64,000 bases of DNA from Candidatus Poriferisocius sp. (GTDB lineage: Bacteria > Actinomycetota > Acidimicrobiia > Acidimicrobiales > Bin134): NCBI RefSeq assembly GCF_965202595.1, contig NZ_OZ241836.1:535095-599094 (forward strand). Reading direction: 5' to 3'. Of the stretch, positions 61,377 through 64,000 are shown in pieces. The translations under genes and the position numbers were made by a program. Position 1 is the first letter of the stretch. Each line of letters opens with the position of its first letter. The notes under the pieces are model-generated. The model worked only from the letters and a program-made list of their open reading frames with translations. It was not told where the DNA came from and did not search any database.

Positions 61377-62750
61377 TCAGTCGCTGAGCCGCTCGGCCAG
61401 CCGGAAGGCCAGTTCCAGGCTCTGGGTACCGTTCAGCCGGGGGTCGCACATGGTTTCGTAGCGCCGTTCCAGGTCGTTGTCGCTCAGGGCCTCGGCACCA
61501 CCCACGCACTCGGTAACGTCGTCGCCGGTGATCTCCACGTGGATGCCGCCCGGCCAGGTGCCGGCCTGGTTGTGAGCGTCGAAGTAGCCGTTTATCTCGG
61601 TCACCACGTCCTCGAAATGGCGGGTCTTGAGCCCGCCGGGGGTGGTGTAGGTGTTGCCGTGCATGGGGTCGCACTCCCACAGCACCGGATGGCCGGCGTC
61701 GCGGGCCGCAACCAGCAGGGGAGGCAGGGCATCGAACACGTTGCGGGCACCCATGCGGCTGATGAGGGTGAGCCGGCCGGGTATCCGGTCGGGATTGAGG
61801 TTCTCGCACAGTTCGAGGACATCCGCCGGCGTTGCCGTGGGTCCCAGTTTGCACCCCACCGGGTTCTTGATGCCCCGCATGAACTCCACATGGGCACCGT
61901 CCAGCCGGCGGGTCCGCTCACCGATCCACAGCATGTGGGCTGAGCAGTCGTACCACTGGCCGGTTATGGAGTCCTGGCGGGTGAGGGCCTGCTCGTAGTC
62001 CAGCACCAGCGCCTCGTGGCTGGTGTAGAAGTCCACCTGGTGCAGCTCGGGGGCATCGGGGGGGATACCGCACGCGGCCATGAAGCGCAGGGCGGCATCG
62101 ATGCCCTCGGCCACCCGCTCGTAGCGCCGCCCCTCGGGGCTGGACGCGATGAAATCCTGATTCCATCGGTGGACCTGGCGGAGATCGGCGTAACCCCCCT
62201 TGGTGAACGCCCGCAGCAGGTTCAGGGTGGATGCCGATTGGTGGTAGGCCCGGATGAGGCGCTCGGGGTCGGCGGTGCGGGAGCGCTCGGAGAAGCTGAT
62301 GTCGTTGATCATGTGACCCCGGAACGAGGGGAGCTCCACGTTGTTGACCACCTCGGTGGAGGAGGAGCGGGGTTTGGCGAACTGGCCGGCGATCCGGCCG
62401 ATCTTCACCGTGGGCACCCCGGCGGAGAAGGCCAGCACCACAGCCATTTGCAGGATGACCTTGAGCTGGTCCCGGATGCTGTCGGCGGTCACCCCGTTGA
62501 AGGACTCGGCGCAATCGCCGGCCTGGAGGACGAATGCCCGGCCCGCACAGGCCTCGGCCAGTTTACCCTGGAGCTGGCGGGCTTCTCCGGCGAACACCAG
62601 CGGGGGCAGCTTGGCCAGGGTCTCGCAGGCCTGTTCCAGCGTTGACTGGACGGGCCATTGCGGTTGCTGAGCCGCCGGCCGATCCCGCCACGAGGACGGG
62701 TGCCAGGAGGCTGGGAGCGGGCCAACCGTTTCAGCGGTGACCGAACTCAT
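61377..62750 (-). CDS. aroG: 3-deoxy-7-phosphoheptulonate (DAHP) synthase, class II
   Basis: About 457 aa. WRDRPAAQQPQWP...VFAGEARQL...LQAGDCAESF is characteristic of the class II enzyme. Start is ATG 62750 (or TTG 62762). Confidence 0.9.
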   Translation of the reverse strand: MSSVTAETVGPLPASWHPSSWRDRPAAQQPQWPVQSTLEQACETLAKLPPLVFAGEARQLQGKLAEACAGRAFVLQAGDCAESFNGVTADSIRDQLKVILQMAVVLAFSAGVPTVKIGRIAGQFAKPRSSSTEVVNNVELPSFRGHMINDISFSERSRTADPERLIRAYHQSASTLNLLRAFTKGGYADLRQVHRWNQDFIASSPEGRRYERVAEGIDAALRFMAACGIPPDAPELHQVDFYTSHEALVLDYEQALTRQDSITGQWYDCSAHMLWIGERTRRLDGAHVEFMRGIKNPVGCKLGPTATPADVLELCENLNPDRIPGRLTLISRMGARNVFDALPPLLVAARDAGHPVLWECDPMHGNTYTTPGGLKTRHFEDVVTEINGYFDAHNQAGTWPGGIHVEITGDDVTECVGGAEALSDNDLERRYETMCDPRLNGTQSLELAFRLAERLSD

Positions 62751-62773
62751 GGTGAAGCCCAATTCATGGTGAA
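62747..62773 (-). repeat. 10-bp duplication (period 17) of the DAHP synthase start
   Basis: tcatggtgaa at 62747-62756 and 62764-62773. On the minus strand, caccATGA occurs twice, enclosing a 6-codon ORF MNWASP* (62767 to 62747). Confidence 0.85.
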
Positions 62774-62840
62774 ATCGTCGCCTTTTGTCGAGTGGAGGAC
62801 AACTGAATTAAATCAGAATAAGTGGAGCCACAACCGGCAG

Positions 62841-63674
62841 CTACGCCGCGTCTATGTCCAGCAGCTCGGCTCGGGCCCGAACCTTGTCCAGCGACCGTCC
62901 GATGATCCGGCGAATGGCCTCCGCGGTCAGGCCCAGGGCTTCGCCGATCTCCCGGTAGCTGTGCTTTTGCCGGTCGATGAGTCCGTAGCGCATCTCCACG
63001 GCCAGGCGGGCCTTTTCGTCCAGTTCCTCCAGGAGTACCGACAGGGTTTCCATCCGGTCGGCGGTCAACGCGAGATCCTCCGGTCCGGGACCGGCGTCCG
63101 GTTGCAGATCCATGAGTTCGCTGCCGTTGTCGTCGCCCACAGTGATGTTGAGGGAGGTCAACGATGTGAGCCTGTGGAGTATGGAGTGTTCGGCATCCAG
63201 CTCCTCGCCCCCGCTGGAGGCCTGGCGCACCGCAGCCCGCAGGCTGGCGGCCCGTTCTCCCGGTAGCCGGATCATGTTGGCCTTCTGATCCAGCGCCCGG
63301 CCGATGGATTGTCGTATCCAGAAGGTGGCATAGGTGGAGAACTTGAACCCCTTGCGCCAGTCGAACTTGTCCACTGCCCGGTCCAGCCCCAGGTTGCCCT
63401 CCTGAACCAGGTCCAGCAGCTCCATGCCGGGGGGCAGGGGGTACTTCTTGGCCACGCTCACGACCAGGCGGAGGTTGGCCCGGATGAAACGCTCCTTGGC
63501 CCTGGCCGCTTCCCGGACCTGGGCCCGCAGCCGGGGGCTGCGCTCACCGGCGTCCAAGCGTGCCTGGGCCTCCCGTCCCTGCTCGATGGTCTGGGCCAGC
63601 TTCCGTTCGTCCTCCTTGGTCAGGAGCGGCACCAAGCCGATGGCGTTTAGGTACTGGCCTGTTGAATCGTCCAT
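62841..63674 (-). CDS. RNA polymerase sigma factor, sigma-70 family (regions 2-4, no region 1.1)
   Basis: LVQEGNLGLDRAVDKFDWRKGFKFSTYATFWIRQSI (regions 2.2-2.4) and a C-terminal region 4 HTH (YREIGEALGLTAEAIRRI). Confidence 0.9.
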   Translation of the reverse strand: MDDSTGQYLNAIGLVPLLTKEDERKLAQTIEQGREAQARLDAGERSPRLRAQVREAARAKERFIRANLRLVVSVAKKYPLPPGMELLDLVQEGNLGLDRAVDKFDWRKGFKFSTYATFWIRQSIGRALDQKANMIRLPGERAASLRAAVRQASSGGEELDAEHSILHRLTSLTSLNITVGDDNGSELMDLQPDAGPGPEDLALTADRMETLSVLLEELDEKARLAVEMRYGLIDRQKHSYREIGEALGLTAEAIRRIIGRSLDKVRARAELLDIDAA

Positions 63675-63918
63675 GTGTCCCTGTCTTATCATCTGTGGGA
63701 GCTAAAACCGTGTCGCCCCCCGCTTTGTTCCCGGTTACAGCTAGCCCGGTGGTTTTTATGCAAATACCGACCTTCAAGAAAATACCGATCCTTCTGGCCG
63801 ATGTCGCATGAATTACCGGCCGGCATGGCAGCCGGTCTGTGGTGGCGGTGGGAGAGCCGGACTTCGGTGGTGGCGGGGCAGCGGGGCAGCCGGTCTTCGG
63901 TTTCGTAAACTGCGGGCA

Positions 63919-64000
63919 GTGAGTCGCGTCGGGATATTCGGGGGTACCTTCGACCCCGTCCATGTCGGTCATCTGGTGGTGGCGGTGTGGGTGCGGGCTG
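63919..64000 (+). CDS. nadD: nicotinate-nucleotide adenylyltransferase, 3'-truncated at window edge
   Basis: GTG 63919, then VSRVGIFGGTFDPVHVGHLVVAVWVRA. GGTFDPxHxGH is the NadD signature. Confidence 0.7.
   Translation, partial: MSRVGIFGGTFDPVHVGHLVVAVWVRA

Overview
64-kb segment with a roughly 65% GC backbone (eyeball estimate) and core-gene synteny typical of Actinomycetota. The taxon cannot be named from sequence alone. Gene content, left to right:
- MacB-type ABC exporter trio: adaptor, ATPase, FtsX permease.
- An unusual Liv-type importer: a LivH-LivM-LivG triple fusion plus an MFS-LivF fusion.
- Fatty-acid/CoA genes: a crotonase and three acyl-CoA dehydrogenases.
- NitT/TauT-type ABC importer.
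- An orphan catabolic cluster: two Rieske oxygenases, a ferredoxin, two amidohydrolases, a CoA-transferase and two VOC proteins.
- Four tRNAs: Lys-CTT, His-GTG, Arg-TCT, Gly-TCC.
- Housekeeping block: tig-clpP-clpX-folC-ndk-mreBCD-mrdA-rodA, radical SAM/DUF2344, rne-rplU-rpmA-obg-proB, murJ, proA, MoxR/VWA, an SDR, cysH with sulfite reductase, a class II DAHP synthase, a sigma factor and the 5' end of nadD.

Small low-GC islets interrupt this backbone. They carry a DUF2442/DUF4160 pair flanked by a 100-bp direct repeat, a 291-aa protein next to a PIN toxin, an AbiE-like HTH + nucleotidyltransferase pair with a TM2 protein, an AbrB + PIN-like pair, and a lone membrane protein.

The most striking signal is not a gene. 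At about 25 places, a short segment (unit/period about 10-66 bp) lying exactly on a gene boundary is duplicated in tandem, 2-4 copies. The repeat sequence is different at every locus. Where same-strand genes overlap by NTGA, the repeat period is almost always 2 mod 3. Each extra copy then recreates the stop/start overlap and forms a chain of bridging mini-ORFs, each made of the N-terminus of the downstream gene plus the C-terminus of the upstream gene. The architecture resembles MIRUs, but there is no shared element sequence.

I found no rRNA, CRISPR array, transposase or integrase. Many long ORFs in the six-frame track are antisense or out-of-frame artefacts of high GC.
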